From NCBI GenBank assembly GCA_040767085.1, contig JAXGPF010000009.1:160001-224000 (forward strand): DNA of 64,000 nt, written 5' to 3'. This document shows, one piece after another, positions 29,393-40,433 of the stretch (its first letter is position 1; every line of letters begins with the position of its first letter). The position numbers and the translations under genes were made by a program. Under the pieces are notes generated by a model that searched no databases, was not told the DNA's origin, and worked only from the letters and a program-made list of their open reading frames with translations. The stretch comes from Kiritimatiellia bacterium (lineage in GTDB: Bacteria; Verrucomicrobiota; Kiritimatiellia; JAAZAB01).

Positions 29393-30651
29393 TGCAACGC
29401 GCGCAACCCGCCGACCACAGCCGGCATCCCAATCCGGCCATCCGCGCCGCCTGGCAGCGCGGCCTGGATGTGCTGAAACCGACCCCCGCGCAACTCCAGC
29501 ACGGCTTGGAACTGCACGCCTCCCTTTTGACCTGCGATAATTTCGGGTTTATGCCCAGCATCTGGACGAAGGAGTCCGCGCGCATCTGGACCGAACTCCA
29601 GGACGGCGAAATCGGCGCCCGCGAACACCATTTTCTCTCCAGCGTGGCCCGCACGCTGGGCCCCACCCGCGACCTGGAGGCCGCGCGCGAATTTGTCGCG
29701 GCTTTCGACGCCACGGGCCTGCGCTGCATGGTGCTGACGGTTGCGGAAGGCAAATCGCGCGAAGAGGATATCAAGCGCATGGCCGCCTACCGGCAGGTGC
29801 TGCGCGTTTTCCGGCAACGCCTGACCCAGGCCGGCAGCGCGGCGGAAGTCCGCGAAGCCGCCCGGGCCGGGCGCACCGCCGTCGTCTGGAGCGTGAACGG
29901 TCCGCCCATCGTCGGCAGTCTGCGGGATCCCGACGAAGAACTCGGCTGGATTGAACCATGGTACAACCTGGGCGTGCGGCTGATGCACCTGACATATAAC
30001 CGGCGCAATTTCATCGGCGACGGCTGCGCTGAAACCGGCAACGCCGGGTTGAGCGAACTGGGCCGGGAGTTGATCAGGAAAATGAACCAGGTCGGCATCA
30101 TCGTGGACACGCCCCACAGCGGCGACCGCACGACCATTGAAGCCGCGCGCGCCTCGGCCAAGCCTATGACCGCCAGCCACACCGGCGCCAAGGGTGTTTT
30201 CGAACACATGCGCTGCAAGAGCGACGCCGCCATCAAGGCCATCGCCGATACCGGCGGACTGCTGGGCGTTTACGTGCTCCCCAACATGCTGGGGCCCAAG
30301 GCCAACCTGAACACCATGCTGGATCACGTGGATTACATCGCCCGGTTGGCCGGCACAGACCACGTGGCCATCGGCACGGACACCTCTTTCGTCACGCCGT
30401 TCCCCCCCGGGATTGAACGCCGGAAAAACGCCCGGTTTGACGCGCGCTGGTGGGGCAATTGGAAACCCGACAACCATCCCCTGCCCGTTTCCGACGAGGC
30501 TTCCGCCGGCAGCCTGGCCTGGACGAATTGGCCGCTTTATACCGTCGGCCTGGTGATGCGCGGTTACAGCGACGACGACGCGGCCAAGATTCTGGGCGGC
30601 AATTTCATGCGCGTCCTGGAAGCCAACCGGCCGGCGGAGGAAGTTGAATAA
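29392..30651 (+). CDS. Membrane dipeptidase (M19)-like amidohydrolase
   Basis: GVRLMHLTYNRRN.IGDG, GLSELGRELI..MN..GIIVD.PH, ASHT, DHVAIGTD, KILGGNF.RV. Confidence 0.85.
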   Translation: MQRAQPADHSRHPNPAIRAAWQRGLDVLKPTPAQLQHGLELHASLLTCDNFGFMPSIWTKESARIWTELQDGEIGAREHHFLSSVARTLGPTRDLEAAREFVAAFDATGLRCMVLTVAEGKSREEDIKRMAAYRQVLRVFRQRLTQAGSAAEVREAARAGRTAVVWSVNGPPIVGSLRDPDEELGWIEPWYNLGVRLMHLTYNRRNFIGDGCAETGNAGLSELGRELIRKMNQVGIIVDTPHSGDRTTIEAARASAKPMTASHTGAKGVFEHMRCKSDAAIKAIADTGGLLGVYVLPNMLGPKANLNTMLDHVDYIARLAGTDHVAIGTDTSFVTPFPPGIERRKNARFDARWWGNWKPDNHPLPVSDEASAGSLAWTNWPLYTVGLVMRGYSDDDAAKILGGNFMRVLEANRPAEEVE

Positions 30652-30679
30652 CTCAACCAGAACAAGGAGAATGGAATCA

Positions 30680-31999
30680 ATGTCCTTGCGCAACATAGGC
30701 AAACGCGGACTGTGGCTGGCGGTGGCGGCGCTGCTGGGTTGGAACCTGGTGGTGGGCGCCAAACTCGCCGCCCAGGCGGATAAAACCAGCGACACCACGA
30801 GCGTTGCCTTTGAAAAAATGCAGTTGCTGGCCGAGGTGATGCTGCAAATCCGCCAGAATTACGTGGACGAGGACAAGACCGGTTTCAAGGAACTGATGTA
30901 CGGCGCCCTGCGCGGCATGCTGCAGTCGCTCGATCCCCACAGCCAGTTCATGGACCCGGATATGTTCAACGACATGAAAAGCGATACCGCCGGCGAGTTC
31001 GGCGGCGTGGGTATCGTCATCGGCCACCGCGACGGGGTGCTGACGGTCATCGCCCCCATGGAAGACACGCCGGCTTTCCGCGCCGGCATCCTGCATGGCG
31101 ACAAGATCGTGGAGATTGACGCCGAATCCACCGAAACGCTTTCGCTGCAAGACGCCGTCAAGCGCATGCGGGGCGAACCGGGCACGAAGGTGAAATTGAA
31201 AATCCTGCGCGTCAATCCGCAGGAGATCAAAGAAGTCGAAATCATCCGGGCGGTGATCAAGGTGGACAGCGTCAAGGACGCGCGCATGCTGGATGACGGC
31301 ATCGGCTATGTGCGCATTACCCAGTTTAACGAACCCACGGCCGACGCCTTGCAAATTGCCATGGAAACCCTGCTGAAGCAGCAAATGCGCGCGCTGGTGC
31401 TGGATTTGCGCAACAATCCCGGCGGGCTGTTGAGTTCCGCGGTGGAAGTCAGCCAGAAATTCCTCGAAAGCGGCGCCAAAATCGTCACCACCCGCGGACG
31501 CCAGAAGGCCATGACGCAAACCCAGTACGCCGCGCGGGGCCGGCACCATTACCTGGATTTCCCCATGGCGATCCTGGTCAACGGCGGCAGCGCCAGCGCC
31601 TCGGAAATCGTGGCGGGCGCCCTGCAGGATGCCCGCCGCGCCGTGCTGGTGGGCGAACGCACGTTCGGCAAGGGATCGGTGCAAAGCGTGGTGCCGATGC
31701 CCGACGGCTCCGCCATCCGTTTGACGACGGCCAAGTATTATACGCCGAATGAACGCATGATTCATGAAAAAGGCATTGATCCCGATATCATCGTCCCCCT
31801 CTCCGGCGAAGACTGGTTCAAAATTCTTGCCCAGCGTTCGCGCGAGGAATACGGGGAGGCCGCGCCGACCAACAGCCTGCCGCAGGCAATGGTGCAGCCC
31901 GCGCAGGATAAAGTGACGGATGCGCAACTGGAACGCGCCGTGGACGTTCTCAAGGGCATCATGCTTTTCAATTCCGCCAGTCATGCCGCCCGGCGTTGA
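30680..31999 (+). CDS. ctpA: Carboxyl-terminal processing protease, S41A
   Basis: LDPHS, PDZ (GVGIVI...PAFRAGI), DLRNNPGG, SASASEIVAGALQD, TFGKGSVQ; start may be 30671. Confidence 0.92.
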   Translation: MSLRNIGKRGLWLAVAALLGWNLVVGAKLAAQADKTSDTTSVAFEKMQLLAEVMLQIRQNYVDEDKTGFKELMYGALRGMLQSLDPHSQFMDPDMFNDMKSDTAGEFGGVGIVIGHRDGVLTVIAPMEDTPAFRAGILHGDKIVEIDAESTETLSLQDAVKRMRGEPGTKVKLKILRVNPQEIKEVEIIRAVIKVDSVKDARMLDDGIGYVRITQFNEPTADALQIAMETLLKQQMRALVLDLRNNPGGLLSSAVEVSQKFLESGAKIVTTRGRQKAMTQTQYAARGRHHYLDFPMAILVNGGSASASEIVAGALQDARRAVLVGERTFGKGSVQSVVPMPDGSAIRLTTAKYYTPNERMIHEKGIDPDIIVPLSGEDWFKILAQRSREEYGEAAPTNSLPQAMVQPAQDKVTDAQLERAVDVLKGIMLFNSASHAARR

Positions 32000-32067
32000 G
32001 CGGACGCCGCTGGGATATACCTTAGAGCGCGGCGGCGCGACGACGCTGGGGCTGGCTTGGGTGCGCC

Positions 32068-33096
32068 ATGATCAAGAACGTGCTGGGGATCGAGACTTCA
32101 TGCGATGAAACGGCCGCGGCCCTGGCCGCCGACGGCCGCTGCATCCGCGCCGGCGTAGTGGCGAGCCAGGTGCTGCTGCACGCGCCTTACGGCGGCGTAG
32201 TGCCGGAAATTGCGGCCCGCCAGCACGTGGAACAACTGCCGCTGGTGATGGCCCGGACCATGAAACAAGCCGGCGCCGCCTGGAACGATTTACAGGCGAT
32301 CGCCGTCACTTATGGGCCGGGATTGGCGACTTCCCTGCTGGCGGGCATCGCCGCCGCCAAGGGGCTGGCCCTGCGCCTGCGCCTGCCTTTGATCGGGATC
32401 AACCACCTCGAGGCGCATCTCTACTCCGTGTTCCTGGCGCCGGACGCGCCGGAATGGAAGTCCGTCCTGCCCCTGACGGCCCTGCTGGTGTCCGGCGGGC
32501 ATACCTGCCTGCTGCGCGTTGCAGCGCCCGGTGAATACCAGCGCCTCGGCGCCACCCTGGATGACGCCGCCGGCGAAGCGTTCGACAAGGGCGCGCAGTT
32601 GCTGGGCCTGGGATATCCCGGCGGCCCGGCCATCGAACGGGCCGCGGCCGCCGGCCGCCCGGATGCGATCAAGTTCCCGCGCGGCATCGCCCGGCAAAAA
32701 CACAGCCTGAATTTCAGCTTCAGCGGCTTGAAGACAGCCTTGCGTTACTATCTGGAGAAAATTCCCCGCCCGATTCCGCCGGACCGGCTGGCGGATATCG
32801 CCGCCAGTTACCAGGAAGCCATCGTGGATGCCCTGACCATCCAGGCCTTGCGCGCCGCCAGCCGCACGCAAACCGCCACCCTGGCCGTCGCCGGCGGCGT
32901 TTCGCTCAATGCCCGCCTGCGCGCCCGCCTGCGGGAGGCGGCCGCGGCGCAATCCTTGCGCCTGCTGCTGGCGCCGGCCGGTTATTGCGGCGATAATGCG
33001 GCCATGGTGGCCGCCCTGGCCGCCGCCGGACGCGGTCTCGGCAGCTTGGCCGCCTGGGATCTGGACGCCTGCCCCAACTTGCGCATCGGCGTCTAA
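32068..33096 (+). CDS. tsaD: tRNA N6-adenosine threonylcarbamoyltransferase
   Basis: LGIETSCDET, GGVVPEIAARQH, NHLEAH, VSGGHT, DDAAGEAFDK, FSFSGLKT, DNAAM. Confidence 0.97.
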   Translation: MIKNVLGIETSCDETAAALAADGRCIRAGVVASQVLLHAPYGGVVPEIAARQHVEQLPLVMARTMKQAGAAWNDLQAIAVTYGPGLATSLLAGIAAAKGLALRLRLPLIGINHLEAHLYSVFLAPDAPEWKSVLPLTALLVSGGHTCLLRVAAPGEYQRLGATLDDAAGEAFDKGAQLLGLGYPGGPAIERAAAAGRPDAIKFPRGIARQKHSLNFSFSGLKTALRYYLEKIPRPIPPDRLADIAASYQEAIVDALTIQALRAASRTQTATLAVAGGVSLNARLRARLREAAAAQSLRLLLAPAGYCGDNAAMVAALAAAGRGLGSLAAWDLDACPNLRIGV

Positions 33097-33097
33097 T

Positions 33098-33373
33098 CCT
33101 AAATCCGGCAGTTGGCAAGTTTGCCGCGTCCCGCTTTAAAGCGGGACAAGGATGCACGCTTGCCACGCGCAGCGCGTGGGCGGCAAGGGTGACGGTGTAT
33201 TAATATACTCCGAACCCTTGCCAACAAAGCAGATGCGGCAAAATCGCCAACCATTTTTCCGGTTTGAAATTCAAAAATTTCCTTACACCCGAAAGGTGTT
33301 TGCTACAGAAATCCTATCTCCCCTGTTTTCAATTGCTTATGTCAATTTTTGAATTTCAAATGCCGGATTTAGG
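33098..33373. mobile_element. MITE-like element with 13-bp terminal inverted repeats and 5-bp target duplication
   Basis: CCTAAATCCGGCA (33098-33110) / TGCCGGATTTAGG (33361-33373), flanked by CTAAT at 33093-33097 and 33374-33378; several internal palindromes. Confidence 0.7.
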
Positions 33374-33625
33374 CTAATATTGCCGCTCGTATTCCCCGCG
33401 GCCGAGTTTCTTCAATTTGTGGAAGCCGGCCTGTTGGGCGCGGCGGTCCAGCCCGCTGCGTGAACCGCCGACATTGGGCGCCGAAATCTGCCGCGCCACC
33501 GGCGCGCCGCAGCGCGGACAGCGCCGCAACGCCGGCGCGGCCAGCGCCTCCAGCCGCTCAAAGCCGCCGCGGCAATATGCGCAAGACGCGGCCGCGTCAT
33601 TTGCCATGTATTCCCGGATTGGCAT
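33374..33625 (-). CDS. FmdB-family zinc-ribbon protein
   Basis: MPIREY...CAYC..GFE...CPRCGAPV.RQISAP; starts 5 nt after the proS stop. Confidence 0.85.
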   Translation of the reverse strand: MPIREYMANDAAASCAYCRGGFERLEALAAPALRRCPRCGAPVARQISAPNVGGSRSGLDRRAQQAGFHKLKKLGRGEYERQY

Positions 33626-33630
33626 ACCTA

Positions 33631-35136
33631 TCAATACGCGCGGGCAAACACCGCCCGCCGCCGGCTGGGCGCGCCGGTGAACGGGCACACGCCCGGCTCT
33701 TCCGCTCCATCCAACGGAATGCAGCGCACCGTCACGGCCAATTCTTCGCGCAGTTTCTGCTCCACCGCCGGATCGTCCGCCCAATGCGCCATGACAAAGC
33801 CCGCGACCTTGTCCTGGCTGCCTTTAAAACAGTCGTAAAACTCATCGCGGCTGTTCACCTGGCGCGTATGCGCGGCCCGGAAATCCCGGGCGCGCTGCAG
33901 CATGCCGGCCTGGATTTCATCCAGGATGCCCGCGGCAGCGGCGGCGATTTCCGCGCGCGGCACGGCCTGGCGTTCCCGGGCATCGCGGTCGCGCCGGGTG
34001 AGCGAGACGGCGCCGGCGGCCATGTCGCGCGGCCCGATTTCCAGGCGCAGCGGCACGCCTTTTTTGATCCAACTCCAGGCCTTCTCGCCGCCGCGCATGT
34101 CGCGGGTGTCGATTTCCACCGCCAGCGGCCGGCCGGCATAGCGCAACCGGCCCAGCTCCGCGGCCAATTGATCGCAGTATTCCAGCACCTGCGCCCGGGT
34201 GTCGTCCTTGTGGATCACCGGCAGAATCGCGATCTGCGTCGGCGCCAGCCGCGGCGGGAGCATCAAGCCGTTGTCATCGCCATGGGTCATGATCAGGCCG
34301 CCGATCAGCCGCGTGGATACGCCCCAGGAGGTGGTCCAGGCGTATTTCTCCACGCCATCCTGGTCCAGAAACTTGATGCCGGAGGCCCGGGCGAAATTCT
34401 GCCCGAGGAAATGCGAGGTGCCGGCCTGCAGGGCCTTGCCATCCTGCATCATCGCTTCGATGGAATATGTCTCCACGGCGCCGGGGAACCGCTCGGCATC
34501 CGTCTTGCGCCCTGGGATGACCGGCATGGCCATGTACTGCTCGGCGAAGTCGGCATAGACCCGCAGCATGCGGGCGGTTTCCTCCCGCGCTTCCGCCTCG
34601 CCGGCATGGGCGGTATGGCCTTCCTGCCAGAGGAATTCCGTGGTGCGCAGGAAAATCCGGGTGCGCATCTCCCAGCGCACGATGTTGGCCCACTGGTTCA
34701 ACAGCAGCGGCAGGTCGCGGTAAGATTGCACCCACTTGGCATACATCGCGCCGATGATCGTTTCGGAAGTGGGCCGCACCACCAGCGGCTCCTCCAATTC
34801 GCCGGCCGGGATCAACCGGCCGTCCGCCCCGGCCTGCAGGCGGTGGTGAGTGACCACGGCGCATTCCTTGGCGAAGCCTTCGACATGCTCGGCTTCTTTT
34901 TGAATGAAACTCAAGGGAATGAACAACGGGAAATAGGCGTTGCGGTGGCCGGTGGCCTTGAACATCTCGTCCAAGACCCGCTGCATGTTTTCCCAGATGC
35001 CGTACCCCCAGGGCTTGATGACCATGCACCCGCGCACCGGCGACAATTCGGCCAGGTCGCCGGCCCGGATCACCTGCTGGTACCATTCCGGGTAATTCTG
35101 GGCGCGCGTGGGTTCAATTGCGTTGCGTTCGGCCAT
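33631..35136 (-). CDS. proS: Proline--tRNA ligase (archaeal/eukaryotic type)
   Basis: EHVEGFAKEC, RPTSETII, QWANIVRWE, FLWQEGHT, QAGTSHFLGQNF, TSWGVSTR; ends FARAY. Confidence 0.97.
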   Translation of the reverse strand: MAERNAIEPTRAQNYPEWYQQVIRAGDLAELSPVRGCMVIKPWGYGIWENMQRVLDEMFKATGHRNAYFPLFIPLSFIQKEAEHVEGFAKECAVVTHHRLQAGADGRLIPAGELEEPLVVRPTSETIIGAMYAKWVQSYRDLPLLLNQWANIVRWEMRTRIFLRTTEFLWQEGHTAHAGEAEAREETARMLRVYADFAEQYMAMPVIPGRKTDAERFPGAVETYSIEAMMQDGKALQAGTSHFLGQNFARASGIKFLDQDGVEKYAWTTSWGVSTRLIGGLIMTHGDDNGLMLPPRLAPTQIAILPVIHKDDTRAQVLEYCDQLAAELGRLRYAGRPLAVEIDTRDMRGGEKAWSWIKKGVPLRLEIGPRDMAAGAVSLTRRDRDARERQAVPRAEIAAAAAGILDEIQAGMLQRARDFRAAHTRQVNSRDEFYDCFKGSQDKVAGFVMAHWADDPAVEQKLREELAVTVRCIPLDGAEEPGVCPFTGAPSRRRAVFARAY

Positions 35137-35186
35137 GATGGGGTTCCTTTATGAATTATTCCGAAGCTCTGCGATTAAAAGCGGTC

Positions 35187-35214
35187 ATTATACATCAATT
35201 CTCCGCGCCTGCAA
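35187..35214 (-). promoter_or_regulatory. Putative sigma70 promoter of proS
   Basis: Minus strand TTGCAG-N16-TATAAT. Confidence 0.55.
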
Positions 35215-35314
35215 GCAGCGTTCATGGCGTGACATTTTCAGGGGCGCACCGGCGCTTCGGTGCAATCAAGCCGGCGCCGGCAACACGATTGGCTGCTTGC
35301 GCAAAGTCTTCTGC

Positions 35315-35397
35315 CGCGCAGCGGCTTTGGAGTGCGCAGGCTCGACTGAGCTTTTGACAGGCTGGCGTTTAAAACCATCAAAGCGGCGTCAAGCTTG
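35315..35397. repeat. Degenerate copy of the TTGGAGTGCG...CAAAGCGGCGTCAAGC element
   Basis: gcgcagcggctttggagtgcg and caaagcggcgtcaagc are shared with 4277-4366. Confidence 0.55.
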
Positions 35398-35435
35398 CCC
35401 CCTGCACCGGACCGGCGGCGCGGCATGGCGCGCGC

Positions 35436-38400
35436 TCAGCATTGCAAACGCGGCGCATGCCGGTGAAATTCCTGGAGGCTGCAGACCGCCATATGGCCGC
35501 CGGTTGCCCGCAGCGACTCCAACCCCTCCACCGCGAAGGCCAGTCCGCGCACAGTGGTCGTCACGGGAATGCCGCGGGTCACGGCTTCAGTCCGCATACG
35601 CACTTCATCCAGGCGCGGCGTTTCTCCCGCGCCGGGCGTATTGACAATCCAGGCAATCTGTTTTTCAGCGATCAAGTCCAGCACGTTCGGCCGGCCGGTA
35701 GATATCCGGAAAACCGCATGCGCCGGGATGCCGTGATTGCGCAGCACGGTGCTCGTGCCTTCCGTGGAATAGAGGACAAAACCCAACTGGCGCAATTTTT
35801 CCGCCAACGGCACGATCGGCGCCTTGTCGGCATCCTTGACGCTCAGAAAAATCCCGCCGGCGGCCGGCAAAATGCTGCCGGCGGCGGCCTGGCTTTTCAG
35901 GAAAGCCACGCCGGAATCCACGTCCAACCCCATCACTTCGCCCGTGGATTTCATTTCCGGACTGAGCACAATATCCACGCCGGGGAACCGCACGAAGGGA
36001 AATACCGCCTCCTTCACCGCCACGTAGCGGGGCGCGGGCTCGCTGGTGAAGCCCAAGTCGCGCAATTTCCGCCCGACCATCACCAGCGCCGCCAGCTTTG
36101 CCAGGGGCACGCCGGTGGCCTTGCTGACAAACGGCACGGTGCGCGAGGCGCGCGGATTGACTTCCAGCACGTAAACCTCGGCGCCGCCGTCCGGCCGGTT
36201 CAAGACGGCAAACTGGATGTTCATCAGGCCGCGCACCTCCAGGGCCCGGGCCAAAGCCCGGGTCTGGCCGCGGATAACGGACTGCACCTCCGGCGACAGG
36301 TGGCACGGCGGAATCACGCACGCGCTGTCGCCGGAATGGATGCCGGCCATCTCCACGTGTTCCATGATGGCGCCGATCACGGTGGTCTCCCCGTCGGAAA
36401 TACAATCCACGTCAACTTCCAGGGCGTTTTCGAGGAAATCGTCGATCAGCACCGGGCGGGACTCGGAAACTTCCACGGCCTCCGCCATGTAGCGGCGCAG
36501 GGCCTCACGGTTATGCACGATCGCCATGGCGCGGCCGCCCAGCACAAAGGAAGGCCGCATCAACACCGGGTAGCCGATGCGCGCGGCAATTGCTTCGGCG
36601 CCGGCCGCGTCCGTGGCCATGCCGCTTTGCGGCTGCCGGATATCCAGTTTTTCCAGCAGACGTTTGAATTGCTCCCGATCCTCGGCCGCCTCGATGCTGG
36701 CCGGCTTGGTGCCGATGACGGTGACGCCGTTGTCTTCCAGCGCGCGGGCCAAATTGAGCGGAGTCTGCCCGCCGAACTGCACAATCGCCCCGGCGCAGCC
36801 TTCGCGGCGGTAAATGTGCAGGACGTCTTCCAGGGTCAGGGGTTCGAAATACAGCCGGTCGCTGGTGTCGTAATCGGTGCTGACGGTTTCGGGATTGCTG
36901 TTGACCATGATGGCCTCGAAACCGGCCGCCCGGAGCGCGAACACGGCATGCACGCAGCAGTAGTCGAATTCGATGCCCTGGCCGATGCGGTTCGGCCCGC
37001 CGCCCAGGATCATGATTTTGGGCCGCCCGCCGGCGCAGGGCTCGTCCCATTCGCCGTAAGTCGAATAATAATACGGGGTATAGGCCTCGAATTCCGCGGC
37101 GCAGGTATCCACCAGGGCGTACACCGGCAGGAGTTTTAATTCCTCGCGGACGCGGCGCACGGCGTTTTCATCGGCGCGCAGCAGCCAGGCGATCTGGCGG
37201 TCGGAATAACCGAATTCCTTGGCCTGGCGGAACAGCGCGGGCTGCCGGCGCAAGCCCTCCAACGATTGCGCTCCCGCGATTTCATCCTCGAAGGCCGCCA
37301 ACTCGGCCAGGTGCCGCAAAAACCAGGGATCGATGCGCGTCAGCCCCTGCACCCGCGCCACCTCCCAGCCGCGCCGGAATGCGGCGCGGATATGGAAGAA
37401 TCGCTGGGATTGCGGCCGCGCCAGTTCCGCCGCCAGCCGGTCGTCCGCCAGCGCTTCAAACGGCGCATCGCGCCCGTCGGCGCCGAATCCGGCCCGGCCC
37501 TGTTCCAGGGAACGCATGGCTTTCTGGAAGGATTGTTTGAAAGTCCGGCCGATGCTCATCGCCTCGCCCACGGATTTCATCTGGGTTCCCAGCGTGGTAT
37601 CGGCGGAGGCGAATTTTTCGAAGGCGAACCGCGGCGCCTTGGTGACCACGTAATCCACCGCCGGCTCGAAGCAGGCCGGCGTCTCGCGGGTAATGTCGTT
37701 GCGCAACTCGTCCAGGGTGTAGCCCACCGCCAGTTTCGCGGCAATCCGCGCGATGGGAAATCCCGTCGCCTTGGAGGCCAGGGCGCTGGAGCGGGACACG
37801 CGCGGGTTCATTTCGATAATCACCATCCGCCCGTCGGCGGGATTGACCGCCCACTGCACATTGGCGCCGCCGGTTTCCACGCCGATGGCGCGCATGACCG
37901 CCAGCGAGTCGTCGCGCATCTTCTGATATTCGCGGTCCGTTAAAGTCTGGGCCGGGGCGACGGTGAAACTGTCGCCGGTGTGCACGCCCATCGGATCAAT
38001 GTTTTCGATGGAACAGACAATGACGCAGTTATCCTTGCGGTCGCGCATCACCTCCAGTTCGAATTCCTTCCAGCCGGCAACGGACTCCTCGATCAACACC
38101 TCCGAGTTGGGACTGTAATACAATCCGCGTTCCACGATCCGCCGGAAGCCATCGTCATCCCCGGCAATGCCGCCGCCGGTGCCCCCGAGGGTAAATCCCG
38201 GCCGGATCACCAGCGGATAAGCGCCGATCCGTTCCCGCACCCGGCAGGCTTCCTCCAGCGAATGGGCGGCGCCGCTGGCCGGCATGTCCAGGCCGATGCC
38301 GCGCATGGCCTCCTTGAACAGGTTGCGGTCTTCGGCGCGGCGGATCACCTCGGCGTTGGCGCCGATCAATTCCACGCGGTAACGGCGCAGGATCCCCTGG

Positions 38401-38711
38401 TCGTGCAGCGCCACCCCGAGGTTGAGGGCCGTCTGGCCGCCCAGGGTCGGCAGGAGCGCGTCCGGGCGTTCGCGGCGGATGATTTCATGCAGGACATCCG
38501 GGATCAGCGGTTCGACATAGGTGCGGTCGGCAAATTCCGGGTCCGTCATGATTGTCGCCGGGTTGCTGTTCACCAGCACCAGTTCGTAACCTTCTTCCTT
38601 CAGGGCCTTGCAGGCCTGGACGCCGGAATAATCGAATTCGCAAGCCTGGCCGATGACGATCGGCCCGGCGCCGATGACCATGATTTTTTTGATGTCTTCG
38701 CGTTTGGGCAT
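35436..38711 (-). CDS. carB: Carbamoyl-phosphate synthase large subunit
   Basis: [28 protein letters not shown]; duplicated ATP-grasp halves; MGS domain. Confidence 0.98.
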   Translation of the reverse strand: MPKREDIKKIMVIGAGPIVIGQACEFDYSGVQACKALKEEGYELVLVNSNPATIMTDPEFADRTYVEPLIPDVLHEIIRRERPDALLPTLGGQTALNLGVALHDQGILRRYRVELIGANAEVIRRAEDRNLFKEAMRGIGLDMPASGAAHSLEEACRVRERIGAYPLVIRPGFTLGGTGGGIAGDDDGFRRIVERGLYYSPNSEVLIEESVAGWKEFELEVMRDRKDNCVIVCSIENIDPMGVHTGDSFTVAPAQTLTDREYQKMRDDSLAVMRAIGVETGGANVQWAVNPADGRMVIIEMNPRVSRSSALASKATGFPIARIAAKLAVGYTLDELRNDITRETPACFEPAVDYVVTKAPRFAFEKFASADTTLGTQMKSVGEAMSIGRTFKQSFQKAMRSLEQGRAGFGADGRDAPFEALADDRLAAELARPQSQRFFHIRAAFRRGWEVARVQGLTRIDPWFLRHLAELAAFEDEIAGAQSLEGLRRQPALFRQAKEFGYSDRQIAWLLRADENAVRRVREELKLLPVYALVDTCAAEFEAYTPYYYSTYGEWDEPCAGGRPKIMILGGGPNRIGQGIEFDYCCVHAVFALRAAGFEAIMVNSNPETVSTDYDTSDRLYFEPLTLEDVLHIYRREGCAGAIVQFGGQTPLNLARALEDNGVTVIGTKPASIEAAEDREQFKRLLEKLDIRQPQSGMATDAAGAEAIAARIGYPVLMRPSFVLGGRAMAIVHNREALRRYMAEAVEVSESRPVLIDDFLENALEVDVDCISDGETTVIGAIMEHVEMAGIHSGDSACVIPPCHLSPEVQSVIRGQTRALARALEVRGLMNIQFAVLNRPDGGAEVYVLEVNPRASRTVPFVSKATGVPLAKLAALVMVGRKLRDLGFTSEPAPRYVAVKEAVFPFVRFPGVDIVLSPEMKSTGEVMGLDVDSGVAFLKSQAAAGSILPAAGGIFLSVKDADKAPIVPLAEKLRQLGFVLYSTEGTSTVLRNHGIPAHAVFRISTGRPNVLDLIAEKQIAWIVNTPGAGETPRLDEVRMRTEAVTRGIPVTTTVRGLAFAVEGLESLRATGGHMAVCSLQEFHRHAPRLQC

Positions 38712-38808
38712 AATTTTCCTGTCCTGGTCTGCGGTGTTCGGTATTTGCAGTCAATGCGTGCCTCTGCGCCTTTGATCCTTTGCCCCTTCTGATCGCAGTG
38801 TTCAGTGT

Positions 38809-40422
38809 TCAGCAACCATCGCGGCGGGCGCGGGCCGCCGCCACAAAATCGCGGAACAATGGATGGGCGCGCAGCGGTGTGGATTGAAATTCCGGGTGAA
38901 ACTGGCAGGCCACAAACCAGGGGTGGTCGCGCAATTCCATGATTTCCACCAAATCGGCGTCCGGGTTAACGCCCGTGAAAGACATGCCCGCCTGTTCCAT
39001 CTGCAACCGAAAACGATTGACGAACTCGTAGCGGTGGCGGTGGCGTTCCCGGACCGATTCCATGCCATAGGCCTGCCGCGCGCGGCTGCCCGGGCTCAAG
39101 CGGCAGGGATACGCGCCCAGGCGCATGGTGCCGCCCTTGGCGGTGGCTGCCACCTGGCCGGGCAGCAGATCAATCACCGGGTGCGCGGTAGCGGGATCGA
39201 ATTCGGTGCTATGGGCGCCCGCCAGGCCGCAAACGTTCCGGGCATATTCGATGGCCGCGCATTGCATGCCCAGGCAAATCCCGAAAAACGGCACACCGGC
39301 GGCGCGCGCATGCCGTACGGCGTGCAGCTTGCCTTCCACGCCGCGGTCGCCGAATCCGCCCGGTATCAGAATGCCGTGGACGCCCGCCAGGCGCTGTGCC
39401 GCGCTGTCCGCGCCCACCAGTTCCTCCGATTCTACCATGCGGATCTTGACCCGCAGGCGGTTGGCCAGGCCGGCATGGTGCAGCGCTTCATAGACGCTTT
39501 TATAGGCGTCCTGCAGCCGGATGTATTTCCCGACCACGGCAATCTCCACCGCGCCGTCCGCCGGATCAAGCTGTTCGGCCAGCATGCGCTTCCAGTCGTC
39601 CAACTGCAGGGGGCGCACATGCAGCCGGAGCATCTCCAGCAGGTATACGTCCACCCCCTGTTCCGCCAGCGCCACCGGCACTTCGTAGATGGAGTGCTCC
39701 ACATCGCGCTCTTCGATCACCAGGTCGGTTTCAACGTTGCAAAACAGCGCCAGTTTTTCCCGGTGTTCGCGCTCCAGCCGCCGCTCGCACCGGCACACCA
39801 GGATGTCCGGCACAATGCCGATGGTCCGCAGGATGCCGACCGACTGCTGCGACGGCTTGGTTTTCATCTCGCCGGCGGCCCGGATGAACGGCACCAGCGT
39901 TAAATGCACGAACAGCCCGTTGGCCCGGCCGATTTCCTGGCGGTACTGGCGGATGGCTTCCAGGAACGGCAGCGACTCGATATCGCCCACCGTGCCGCCG
40001 ATTTCCGTGAGGGCAATGTCCACGTCGGGGGCATCCAGCGCCCGGATGGCGGTTTTGATTTCATCCGTCACATGGGGAATCACCTGCACGGTCTTGCCCA
40101 GGTAACCGCCTTCGCGCTCGCGCTGGATCACCGCGCTGTAAATCCGCCCGGCGGTGTAATTGCTGTCGCGCCCGCAGACCACGCCGGCAATGCGTTCGTA
40201 ATGCCCCAGGTCCAGGTCGGTTTCCGCGCCATCCTCGGTGACGTACACCTCGCCATGCTGGAAGGGCGACATCGTGCCGGGATCGACGTTCAGGTAAGGA
40301 TCTAATTTCTGCATTTTGACGCGGTACCCGCGCCGCGTCAACAGCAAACCGAGGGAGGCGGCCGTCAAGCCCTTGCCCAGCGAGGATACCACGCCGCCGG
40401 TGATGAAAATATGTTTAGTCAT
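38809..40422 (-). CDS. pyrG: CTP synthase
   Basis: [44 protein letters not shown]. Confidence 0.98.
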   Translation of the reverse strand: MTKHIFITGGVVSSLGKGLTAASLGLLLTRRGYRVKMQKLDPYLNVDPGTMSPFQHGEVYVTEDGAETDLDLGHYERIAGVVCGRDSNYTAGRIYSAVIQREREGGYLGKTVQVIPHVTDEIKTAIRALDAPDVDIALTEIGGTVGDIESLPFLEAIRQYRQEIGRANGLFVHLTLVPFIRAAGEMKTKPSQQSVGILRTIGIVPDILVCRCERRLEREHREKLALFCNVETDLVIEERDVEHSIYEVPVALAEQGVDVYLLEMLRLHVRPLQLDDWKRMLAEQLDPADGAVEIAVVGKYIRLQDAYKSVYEALHHAGLANRLRVKIRMVESEELVGADSAAQRLAGVHGILIPGGFGDRGVEGKLHAVRHARAAGVPFFGICLGMQCAAIEYARNVCGLAGAHSTEFDPATAHPVIDLLPGQVAATAKGGTMRLGAYPCRLSPGSRARQAYGMESVRERHRHRYEFVNRFRLQMEQAGMSFTGVNPDADLVEIMELRDHPWFVACQFHPEFQSTPLRAHPLFRDFVAAARARRDGC

Positions 40423-40433
40423 ATGGGTAGGCG

